Assembly: GCA_964016885.1 (NCBI GenBank) | Contig: OZ024742.1 | Span: 226,052,001 to 226,116,000, forward strand | Reading direction: 5' to 3' | Length of the DNA: 64,000 nucleotides | Source of the DNA: Eledone cirrhosa | Lineage: Eukaryota | Part shown: piece by piece, positions 29,900 to 40,290 of the stretch | How the letters are laid out: every line of letters starts with the position of its first letter | How positions within the stretch are numbered: the first letter of the stretch is position 1 | Program-made: the position numbers and the translations under genes | Notes under the pieces: generated by a model | Database searches by the model: none | Seen by the model: the letters and a program-made list of their open reading frames with translations, nothing else | What the model was told of the DNA's origin: nothing

Positions 29900-30242
29900 T
29901 GTACTAAATGTATGCTTCAACCTATGCACATAGGAAGATCGGTATTCTGTATTACTGCGTAACGTCAGAGATCTTGATTCTGTGTCATCACCTTTGAGAG
30001 GTGTAATTGTGCAAGATCTGCTTTTATCATCTCATCCCAAGTATCTTCCTAGATCTTCTTACTCCATAACTTCCATCAGCTTTGTGTACCCTGCACCTTT
30101 TTATACAGCTGTCATCTGGCATACACACCACATGTCCATACCAACACAATATCCTCTCCTGTACACTGCATCTGACCCCTCTTATGCCCAGTTTCTCTAT
30201 CGGTTCATTTATGCTTTGCTGTTCACATATATTACTATTAAA
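29900..30242 (-). mobile_element. Degenerate 5'-truncated RTE-clade LINE (ORF C-terminus) abutting the satellite
   Basis: Minus-strand translation NSNICEQQSINEPIEKLGIRGVRCSVQERILCWYGHVVCMPDDSCIKRCR matches the C-terminus of the RTE ORF at 37233-39808 (NSNIRERQSINELRKKLEIRGIRCCLLERRLRWYGHVMRMKDDSCITKCR). Carries stops and frameshifts. Confidence 0.9.
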
Positions 30243-30259
30243 TACCCCTTGAAGCATTC

Positions 30260-30262
<3 letters not shown>

Positions 30263-30334
<72 letters not shown>

Positions 30335-30362
30335 TCTCTCTCTCTCTCCCTCTCTCTCTCTC
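30263..30362. repeat. (CT)n microsatellite
   Basis: Direct reading. Confidence 0.95.
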
Positions 30363-30551
30363 AGTATTTTTACACTTGTGTCTGTGCTAATGTTCAATAA
30401 AAAAGAAATTGATAAAATGAGTACTAGACTTGAAAATATGTACTGGGGTCAATATGATTGACTAAATCCCTTCAGAGCAGTCCCTCAGCAGGGTCATGGC
30501 CTAATGACTGAAACCAATAAAGGAATATCATCTTTCTTTCCTCCATTTTAG

Positions 30552-30750
30552 TCTGACCTGCCTGTACACCCCAACCAAACAACTGATGTATGACTTCAAA
30601 GCAACCAGAATTGAACCGAAACAGAAAGTTTCCGTAACATTTTCATTCTACCCCAGGAAAGCAATTAAATATAATGAAACTGTTCCTTTCCTAATAGATG
30701 GACTTTCTACACAAAATGTTACCTTCACTGGTCAAGGGATTGAAATGCAG
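30552..30750 (+). CDS. HYDIN: HYDIN coding exon (first in window; upstream exons lie beyond the left edge)
   Basis: ttttag|tctgacc ... atgcag|gtaaaa. Encodes LTCLYTPTKQLMYDFKATRIEPKQKVSVTFSFYPRKAIKYNETVPFLIDGLSTQNVTFTGQGIEMQ, resembling the HYDIN C-terminal region as recalled (FYPR..I.Y.E.IPF.I.GLS.Q.V...G.G..M). Not in the ORF track. Confidence 0.88.
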
Positions 30751-31084
30751 GTAAAATATTAGATTTATTTGTTTCTCCTCCCAAAATAGTTTCTGATTTT
30801 TTGAATCAATATCTCTTATTCTATTCCAACAATGTCAATGGCATTTTAAATCTGTTTTCCATCACTCCTAACAGAATAGTCTGTAGCAATCTTCTCTTCA
30901 CCCCTCCCCATTCATTCTCTGCAGTCTTAATATCTCGTCCTCACCAGTGAAATATCCCATGCACCTTGTCGATGTTGAGCTTGCTTACTTGTCCCCATCC
31001 TCCAAACCCTCATACCTGATACACCTTGCTTGGCCAACCCACGCATAAAAACCTGAAAGATGGACTTGCTCTACATCTAATTTC

Positions 31085-31432
31085 CCACAATGCTGTGGCC
31101 ACAACAAAAAGCACTAAGCCCACCCTGTATGCTGATCTGGTGCCACAACAACAAAAGCATACAGTCCACCCTGTAAGGTGGTTATGTTGGTGACACAACA
31201 AAAAGCACCCAGTCCACCCTGTAAGATGGTCATTTTGGTGCCACAATAAAAAACACCCAGTCCACACTCTAATGTAGTTGGCATTATGAAGGGCATCCAG
31301 CTGTAGAAACCAAACCAAAATACAGATTCGTATGAGTATGACATTGTCTCCAAACCTGACTTGTCTCATAATGTGACAACCCACCTAATCTATGCTAGTG
31401 TGGAAAATGAATGTTAAATGAGGATGATGATA
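31085..31432 (+). mobile_element. RTE/SINE 3' tail with about 3-4 degenerate 48-bp units, GAAGGGCATCCAGCTGTAG motif and GAT tail
   Basis: aaaagcacccagtccaccctgtaag repeats (reverse complement of the satellite), then ggcattatgaagggcatccagctgtagaaac and ...atgaggatgatga. Confidence 0.85.
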
Positions 31433-31451
31433 TATATCATCATCATCATCA

Positions 31452-31557
31452 TAATAATAATGATAATAATAATAATAATGAAAATATTGTGTACAGTGCT
31501 CAGGTGCACTACAACTCATCAAAAGTGTATGTATAGTACATAGGGTAATGTACAAAT
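31452..31557 (-). mobile_element. 3'-end fragment of the CR1-like LINE family with (TTA)n tail
   Basis: aataataatgaaaatattgtgtacagtgctcaggtgcactacaac matches the 3' end of the element starting at 46947. Confidence 0.8.
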
Positions 31558-32502
31558 CATTTAACGTCTATTTGAATAACAGCTGACCCCTTAATTTATG
31601 CCTGAGAAATGGGCAAAACTCCAAACCCTGTTTATAAGCTGAGACTGCTAATCAACACATTATGGCATGGTTTTGAAATTCTCATGGGTGGAGAAAATAT
31701 TTACGTAGTTTTAATATTTTGATATTTAAAATGTTTTTCTTTATAATTAGAAAATAAAAAAGGATGAGAAAATTCTAAATTAATATAATATAAAGAAATG
31801 GAGATATATGTTTAGTTTAAGGTATTATTTAAAAAAAAAAGATTTTTTTAAACCGTTATGGAGGTCATTAAAAACTCTAGGAGGAGATCAAAATGAATAG
31901 GGAATAGTTGAAAGAGATCAACTAAGAAAACACTGTATAAGGATTTAGAGTAGAAGCGGGGATGAAGGAACAAGCGGGAGAGGAGAGGCTGAGTATAAGC
32001 GAAGGGAGAGAGATAGAGCGAGCAAAATAAAACAAAATAAGATGGAAAGAAAAAGTATAATTAAGTCACAGAGAACAACAGTTGGCACATGTATTTATAT
32101 GTGTGTATATTTATATGTAAGCATATATGTGTAGGAGATATTTATGTATTAAAAAGTTCAAATAATACCAAATTTATTGGGAATGTTGTCAAGGCAGGGC
32201 ATAAACAAAACTCATAATGATATAGTATATGTAGAAAAACAATGTTTCATTGTGAAATAATCACTCCAGATATTTTAGTACATTATTTACATAGAATTTG
32301 AAGTTGGTAAAAATCATCAAAATATTGACCTTGGGTTAAGCCGACCCCCCACCCCCATTTTACCATCAATTTTTTTGTCACATATTCTTTAGCTTATATT
32401 CTTGTATATATATGTGCGTGTGTGTGTATCCTGGGTTGAATCGGGAGTAACCATAGTAAGTAAGGTACTCAATACATATCAGAGTATAAATATTTAACAT
32501 AG

Positions 32503-32595
32503 AAATGGCTTCTACAGGACTAGAACTGTTTCATTTGAAGGTTTTCCTGATGATTTCCTTCAAATGAAACAGTTCTAGTCCTGTAGAAGCCATTT
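32503..32595. repeat. Perfect palindrome with about 39-bp arms
   Basis: aaatggcttctacaggactagaactgtttcatttgaagg - 15-nt loop - ccttcaaatgaaacagttctagtcctgtagaagccattt. Confidence 0.9.
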
Positions 32596-32609
32596 TTACA
32601 TTATATATA

Positions 32610-33308
32610 TATACAAGGACAGGGGTCGCAAAAAAAATATTCAATTACAAACTACAAGTTTTCTCCTTCAAAATAATCCTCCTTGAGTCTAACACACTTT
32701 CCCATTCTTCTCTGCCACACCTCCATACGGTCTTGGAAGGATTCTCCTGGGATTCTCTGCAGCTCTGTTGTAATGGCCCTCTTGATGGCTCTGGCATCTT
32801 TGGGTCATACTCGATGACCAGGAGGTGACTCTCCCAAACACATATGATTCAGTTTCAAGACACTCGAGGATGTCCTGACACACCTGCATGCTTGGCTCTT
32901 TCTGGTCATCATTCAGCAGCTTCAGAAGATCTTTGCGCAGATCTTCTGCATGCCCAAATTTTTGCTGATAATCTTCCAAATGCTGTTACAGTTTATGCCC
33001 AGCTCACCTGTGATCAGTCAAACAGTTAACCAATGATCACCATACACCACCTGCCTTGTGCACTCATGGGCTGCAGTCCTGTTCATTGAAGGACTTCTGC
33101 TTCTAGGGTCATCTTGGAACCTTTTGTGCCACATGAAAATCTGTGAGGACAACATCCTCTCATCTCCATACAATGGCTGTAGAGAGCTGAGATCGCAGTT
33201 ATATACTCCCTGATATTATATCACTTGGTGACAGAATGTTAATCATTACCCCATTCATAGCTCACACAGCACACTATGTCCTGTTACTTTTCTGATACAC
33301 CTTTGTAT
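32610..33308 (-). mobile_element. Degenerate, internally deleted mariner transposon
   Basis: Minus-strand remnants DDPRSRSPS (mariner DxPRSGRP), LGMQKICAK (precedes WVP) and C-terminal DYFEG. Mariner-like end tatacaaaggtgtatcagaaaagt at the right, TA-flanked. Confidence 0.7.
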
Positions 33309-33411
33309 ATGAGGTCAATGAGTGTGACTATATTCATCTGTATATAGTGTTAATTATGGTGTTATTTAACTGCTGTTTAAATTATTTTTTCTACTATTTT
33401 TCCCATGTCAG

Positions 33412-33678
33412 GTTGAAGTGGAAAACAGCCGAAAAGTTGTGAGAATTGATTGTTCAGAGGTGGGGAAAGTAGTTAGGAAGACCATCCCAATTGTGAACAA
33501 AACACAGGCCCCTGTAACATTCTCTGTTGTCTGTACACCAAATAGTCCTTATCTTAAGGAGCCAGGAGTACTTACTGTTACTCCTATCTCTCCCATTACA
33601 CTGCCAGCCGTTACCGGAACTGCCAATATAAACATTGCCATCAATCCGAAATCAAGAATTCCACAGTTTTCAGAAGAG
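33412..33678 (+). CDS. HYDIN: HYDIN coding exon
   Basis: tgtcag|gttgaa ... gaagag|gtaaac; 267 nt; VEVENSRKVVRIDCSEVGKVVRKTIPIVNK...NPKSRIPQFSEE. Confidence 0.92.
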
Positions 33679-34244
33679 GTAAACATATTTGTTTCTGAAA
33701 TAATTGTATGGATTATTTCATCATCATTGTCATCCCCACCATCATCCCCATCATCATCCCCATCATCACCCCCATTACCACCATTATCTTCATCAGCAGC
33801 ATCATCACTATCATTAAGACTATCATCATCATATCTATAATACTTCTAAAATGGAAGTTTGTTTGACACTAAATAAAATGGGTAATAATTAAGGTTTTTC
33901 ATGTATTTTCAACTAATCTCACCTCCGATGTGCTTGTCATCAACTTTTTTTCCTAAAATGGAATGGAGGTGGGGGCAGTATTTACTGCTCTTTCTAGCAC
34001 ACGGGTACTCTTGTCTATAATCTACACTATAAGAGCCATATCTGCTTGTCCATCCATTTGTCACAGTATTTATATATAGAGAGTAAATACTACTCCACCT
34101 CTCACTAATTCCACCTCCCCCTCTTTCTAACTAACTAAATTGTAATGTGTGAACAAACGGAAAAAATACAGAGTTCTTTTCTGTCTGTCTGTCTGTCTGT
34201 CTGTCTGTATGTATGTATGTATGTATGTATGTATGTATGTATGT

Positions 34245-34837
34245 CTCTTTCTCTTAATTTCGAGTATATTTTTTTGACCGGCCACCTTCCTGGTGGCAAG
34301 GTTGTAAAAGAAAAGAAATTGTCATCCCTTGAATCGCAAGAATGTTTTGCAAATTTTGAAGGTGCCAGCTATCGCAGCCATTTGTAGACTATGAATTAGG
34401 GAGCTGCGCTTTTTGTCCGCAAATCCAAGTTCAGTCATACTTTGGTCCAAGCGGGTTGGTATATAACCCGTAGCACCAATAATGATGGGTATCAAGCTAA
34501 AGGTGTATCTTGGATACTGGATTTGTAAACTCCTCATCAATGGTCCGTAGATGTCCTCCTTCTCCTGTATTTTTCTGACAACGTTTACATCAAGTGGGCA
34601 GCTGATCTCCACAACAGAACACGTTTTCAATGTGTGGTCCCAAACAACAATATCAGGCCGGTTGTGCTTTAATTTGGTGGTAGTTTTTATTTTCAGGTTC
34701 CACCAGTATTCCTTAGTGCCATCTGTCTCAATATATTCTTCCTCGTTTGTTGTTAATTTTGTTTTCCGAAGTGCGTTCCAGATGGTTCTAGCTATCCCAT
34801 CGTGTCTCATGGGGAGGTAGTAGCGAGATGACATTCT
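34245..34837 (-). mobile_element. 5'-truncated RLE-type non-LTR retrotransposon (R4/Dong-like): restriction-like endonuclease domain plus 3' UTR
   Basis: Open 170-aa frame with RHD...WWN..IKT..KLKHNRPDIVVWD......VVEISCP...K...Y...IIIGATG, the PD-(D/E) RLE signature. Flanked on both sides by (TATG)n. Confidence 0.88.
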
Positions 34838-34929
34838 TATGTATGTATGTATGTATGTATGTATGTATGTATGTATGTATGTATGTATGTGCGTGTGTTT
34901 TCAGCTAATCTGAGCTTTGACATGCCCAC

Positions 34930-35165
34930 CTGTCTCATGGTCGGGTCATTGGTGACTAAACTGGCAACCCCACCAAGGTTTCTTGGTGAGGAGGGTGACT
35001 TTGGACATCCTACAGGACTAAAAACAAAACCTGTCAAAGGGCAGAGGAGCTCTTAAGAGTCAATGGCCATCCAAAATCACTGGGAGAGATGACCCCTTAG
35101 CCTTTGTCAAGGCAGAATTCTAGGAGAAGGAAAACTCTGATATAACACCTGCAACCCTGATGGTA
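34930..35165 (+). mobile_element. Possible 5' UTR fragment of an RTE-type LINE
   Basis: Contains ctaggagaaggaaaactctgat, a motif I recall from RTE 5' regions. No coding support here. Confidence 0.3.
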
Positions 35166-35527
35166 TCCAATGATGTTGACTTGTTCTTCTTTTTGGTAAA
35201 TATCATCTTGGTTAAGAGAGTGAGACTGGCTTTGTGCAGTGCCTTTGCTCACTATAAAAGCTTCACGGCACAGGCATTGCTTTGTATCTGGAGATCTCTC
35301 TGCACTTGTCATTACATGGTACCATGGGCCCAGCACTATGTGTCAATAATTGTCACAAGTGTAGTGTTTGTACCAGAGTTTTCAAGTCGCTGGCTGGACT
35401 AAAAAGTCACACTCGTTCAGCGCATCGGTAGGGGTTCTCCTACATGGATATAAAGTAGTGGCCGTACTCGAAAACGAGTTGGCAGCCACCATGTGCGTGT
35501 GTATGTGTGTTTCTGTATGTCCTTCAA

Positions 35528-36714
35528 TCTTTAGTACTTATAAAAAAGAAGTTGCTTTGTACATTGACTGCTAACAACACTAAATAAAATTGGCAATAAT
35601 TAAGGTTTTTCGTGTGTTTTAAAATAAGCTGACCTCTGACATGCTTGCAATCAACTTTTTCTCTGAAATGGGATCGGGCAATGAGGGACCCTCAGTTTTT
35701 CCCAGCCCTGGAGATATCTTCAGTGGGAATCTTTTTCTTTTCTAGGTGTTTCTGTTTGTTGGTGACGGATCTGATATCTGACTCACTCACCAATGACTCC
35801 TTTTTCCAAAAAATGGAGGCAGGGAGGGAGGGGAACCCTCGGAGTTACAGATGAGCACTTCTTAGCCTTCAGCACCTGCTGGGGATTGCGAAGAAAATTT
35901 TTTAATCTAGGTTTTTTCATGTGTTTTCAGCTAATCTGAGCTTTGACATGCCCACAATAGCCTTTCAAAAACAGAATTTCCCAGCCTCAGAGATATTTCA
36001 GTGGGAAGGGGGGAGGGGGGGCCTTGGTGTTACATATAAGTACCTCTCAGCTGTTTAAATTCATAAAAAAGTAATCCCTTGGTACTGAAAGATGTTTTGA
36101 TCCTTCATCATTTTGTACTGTTGTGGAAAGTGTTGTAAACTTGATTAATCAAGTGTTCCCCAATTTCGAAATCCATTGTTGATCACAGTGAATGTCATCA
36201 ACAACATCTCTCACAAATGATCCCTGGAGGTAGCCATACCTATAAATCTATCAATAAAGTTGTCGACAAGGACGAAGCTGTTCATTATCCTGTTGAATTT
36301 CTCAAGTCTGTAGCCGTCCGGTATGCTGCCCCACAACCTTGAATTGAAGACATCGTATTTATACCTAGAATACTGCTAATATGAACAGATGTCCCCTTTC
36401 ATTTCAAATAATTGCAATTCCCAGTGAGAGTCAGTTACACAATGACCATTAACTAGCCCTAAGGTCAAACACTGCAGTATATACTGAAGTTCTGTAAATG
36501 TTTTTCATTTTTGTAGAATACATTTTTCTATTATTTTCTTTATTATTTTCTGTATTTAAATATTCTAAATAAATTTTTTGATTTTTATGCAATATTTAAA
36601 TTTTTTAACATTTTTTATTCTAAGGAAAATGTACATTACAACAGATGCCAATAGCTACCTAATGAATAGATTTGAGCATAGTACAAACAGGGGCGAAGGG
36701 CGGGAGGCTGCTAG
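35528..36714 (+). mobile_element. Non-autonomous Helitron with decayed PIF1-like helicase fragment
   Basis: A|TC start (tctttagtacttataaaa) and CTAG|T end preceded by a GC-rich stretch. 36240-36475 translates, with stops, to YKSINKVVDKDEAVHYPVEFL..PSGMLPHNLELK and VFIPRI..FK*LQFPVRVSYTMTIN*P*GQTL (Helitron helicase motifs). A related 5' end starts at 33834. Confidence 0.75.
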
Positions 36715-36721
36715 TATATAT

Positions 36722-39700
36722 ATATCATCATCATCATCATCATCAGGTTTAGCGTCCGTGTTCCACGCTTGCATGGGTTTGGACGGGGGTTTTCCCACTT
36801 GAGGCAAGAGTGGTTGTCTTGCTCGCATAGGACTGTCTGGCGGGTTTTCTACAGTTGGATGCCCTTCCTAACACCAACCACATTTACAGTGTGGGGCTGG
36901 GAGGTTTTTACCGTGTTGCCTACACGGCCACATTAAAGCGTGGACTGTCTGGCGGGTTTTCTACAGCTGGATGCCCTTCCTAACACCAACCACATTTACA
37001 GTGTGGGGCTGGGAGGTTTTTACCGTGTTGCCTACACGGCCACATTTACAACGTGGACTGTGTGTTTTTTGTCGTGACACCTACACGATCTCATTTGTTT
37101 CGGCCTGGATGTTGTGGGACCAACATAACTGTACATTGAAAGGGGCGGTGTGGATGGGGTGGAGGTGGTGGGACGGGGGGGGGGGGGTTTGATAGAGATG
37201 CCTACTGACTGTAGTAGGTTTTTACTTTGTATTTAGGTAAGGCGGGTCTTCTCTATTACTGAGTACCGCCAAAGGTCTCGGTCCAGTGACATTGTCTTGG
37301 AGAGGTGTAAGCGTGTGAGGTCGGAATTTATCAGCTCGTCCCATGTTTTTCTGGGTCTGCCTACTCCGTGGCTACCGTCTATCTTTATTGCCCTGCACTT
37401 TGTTATACAGCTGTCGTCTTTCATGCGCATCACGTGACCGTACCAACGTAGCCTTCTCTCGAGTAAACAACATCTGATCCCTCTTATTTCTAATTTTTTC
37501 CTTAGTTCGTTTATGCTTTGCCGTTCACGTATATTACTATTGCATATCCAGCGGAGCATGCAAGCTTCGTTCCTCTCTAGTCTGCGTATATCCTCTGCAC
37601 ACAATGCCCAGGTCTCACTGCCATGCAGCATTGCTGTTCGTATGCAGGCATCGTATAACCTGCCTTTCATTTTTAGGGAGAACCCTCTAGCGGCTAATAG
37701 TGGTATAAGCTCTCTGAACTTTTTCCATCCAGTTCTGACTCTAGCTACTGTACTTTCAGAGCACCCTCCCCCACTGCTGATTTTGTCACCCAGGTAACGG
37801 AAGCTGTCCACTATTTCTATAGAACCCTCTGCGCAGTTGAAGGAGCTAGTATTTTGTGGGCACTTGCTGCTACTTATTGCACCAGAGCACCGGCCACATG
37901 TAAAATCTATGTTCTTAGTTAGCTTACCTGTGATCCCACTACATCTTTTATGCACCCATACTTTGCATTTGGGACATAAAATGGAGTTTCTACCTACGCC
38001 TTTCCTACACACTGAGCATGGCCATTTCCCAGATGGGACTGCCGCCATATTTTCTTTCCTACAAACTAGAACTTTTGTCTTAGCCAGGTTAATTTTAAGG
38101 CCTTTTGACTCTAGGCCGTGCTTCCATGTTTGGAATTTCTTCTCTAGTTCGGTCATTGATTCAGCTATGAGCGTTAGATCATCTGCGTATAGGAGTTCCC
38201 ATGGGCGGCCGGTCTTGAACTCCTCTGTTATAGCCTGAAGGGCAATAATAAATAGTAGGGGGCTAAGAACAGAGCCCTGATGGACACCAACTTTTACGCT
38301 AAACTCTTCACTATATTCGTTGTTAATTCTAACCTTACTGACTGTTTCTTTATACATGGCTTGTATAGCTCTCACAAGCCATTCGTCAACACCTAGTTTT
38401 CTAAGAGACCACCAGATAATGGAACGGGGGACTCTGTCGAAGGCTTTCTCCAAGTCGACGAAAGCTAAGTATAGGGGTTTACTTTTAGCTAGGTACTTCT
38501 CCTGTAGTTGTCGTACAATGAAAAGAGCGTCTGTGGTACTTTTGCCTGACACAAATCCGAACTGCATTTCATCTAGATCAATTCTCTCTCTGATTAGTTG
38601 CGCTATTACTTTTTCCGTGACCTTCATGACCTGGTCGATTAATTTAATGCCTCTATAGTTACTCCTATCTAGGGCATCTCCTTTTCCCTTATAGCAGTTA
38701 ACGATGATGCTGCTACGCCAGTCCTTCGGAACAACCCCATTCTGTACGACTTGGTTAACTATCCGGGTGACCATGGTGTGTCCCACCGAACCAGATGCCT
38801 TCAGCATCTCAGCAACTATTTCCGAAGGACCAGCCGCCTTACCCGTCTTCATATCTTTGATTGCCTTGCTTATTGTACTACCCTGGACTAACACTGCTGG
38901 TCCCTCTATTGGGTCGATGTGGGGGAGACTGTCTTTCTCCCATTTGTTCTCCTCATTTAGAAGCCTTTCGTAGTGACACTTCCAAGCTACCTTCTTATCA
39001 GCGTCGGTGATGGCAAGTATGCCATCATCGTTAAGCACACACTTCTCCCCGACAATATCACGGTTTTCCTTGACACATTGCCTGGCAATCCTGAACACCT
39101 CACGTTTTTGGTCCTCACGTTGTAGAACATGCTTGAACTTTCTTTCCTCTGCTTCCCTTCTTGCGAAGTACACTTGTCTCCTAGCTTTCCTCCTGGCTAC
39201 CTGATAGTCTTCTCTACTTCCCCCATCCCGCCATGCTTTCCAAGCCTGCTTTTTGGCCTTAATTGACTCCTCCACCTTACTGTTCCACCACCATGTTACT
39301 CTCCTCCTACCTACAGGCCTGCTCCAGCCACAGACTTCGTCTGCCGCCGTCAGCAGGTTTGCTCTCAGGAATTCCCACTGTTCCTCTATATTATACGACT
39401 CTAATTGCTCTTCCTTACTGTCGAAAGCGTCAAGTAATATGCTTTGAAATTTATTTCTGGCTATGGGGTCCTTTAGCTTCCATATTTTTCTCCTGAGGAT
39501 AGTCCTCTTCCGCTGTCTAGTACGTCTCGTCCTGACTATGAGGTCGCTAATTATCAGTCTATGTTGGGAGGTGAATTCTTCATGGGGGAGGGATTTAGTG
39601 TTAACAACAGACACTCTGTCACGTCTTCTGGTAAGGATATAATCTACCTGGCTTGTGTGTTCCCCCGATCTATAGGTGATCAAGTGATTGTCTCGTTTTT

Positions 39701-39808
39701 TGAAGTTAGTGTTACAGATAGTTAGGTTATTTGCGTCGCAGAATTCCAGGATTCTGGAGCCTTCCTCATTTCTAGTACCGAACCCATAGCCTCCATGGAT
39801 TCCGTCAT
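36722..39808 (-). mobile_element. RTE-clade LINE, 5'-truncated within the endonuclease, with 3' UTR and (GAT)n tail
   Basis: Partial APE domain, full RT, 3' UTR with 48-bp units and GGAAGGGCATCC motif; tail reads (CAT)n on + at about 36724-36744. Confidence 0.97.
37233..39808 (-). CDS. RTE LINE ORF (APE remnant, reverse transcriptase, internal PHD-like zinc finger); no native start
   Basis: About 858 uninterrupted codons: GYGFGTRNEEG, SQVDYIL, NYRGIKL, QFGF, FVDLEKAFDRV, GVHQGSVLSPLLF, LLYADD, RRLRWYGHV, GRPRKTW. The first ~45 aa of the ORF-track protein are flanking DNA. Confidence 0.93.
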
Positions 39809-39946
39809 ATAATATATATAGAGTTATAAACTCAAATAGTCTTTTACAATTAAATAGCTCAAGAAAGGAATATTTCTGAGCCGTGTAATACAAATAAATA
39901 TATGATAGGGATAAACACTGATACAAGTATACATGTGTTCGCATTG

Positions 39947-40118
39947 CAAATGACCAAGTTAGCTAGATTGAAAAATACTAATTAAAATAATACGGTTTGC
40001 CTGTCTCGATTTAAAATAATAAATATAGGTTTGTTTTCATTGATTTATTATTTTAAATTGAGACAGGCAAACCGTATTATTTTAATTAATATTTTTCAAT
40101 CTAGCTAACTTGGTCATT

Positions 40119-40120
<2 letters not shown>
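39947..40120. repeat. Long inverted repeat, 78-bp arms, 18-nt spacer
   Basis: 39947-40024 is the reverse complement of 40043-40120, with two mismatches by eye. Confidence 0.92.
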
Positions 40121-40153
<33 letters not shown>

Positions 40154-40209
40154 TTATATATATGTGTGTGTGTATGCATATATGCATATCTATATCTATC
40201 TATCTATCT

Positions 40210-40278
<69 letters not shown>

Positions 40279-40290
40279 GTATATATATAA
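40121..40290. repeat. Compound (TA)n/(TATC)n/(TC)n microsatellite
   Basis: Direct reading. Confidence 0.9.

Noticed and set aside
39809-39944. N-terminus of the 903-aa ORF taken as a full-length RTE start
   Set aside because: AT-rich flank read through by chance. Homology begins mid-endonuclease, so the copy is 5'-truncated.
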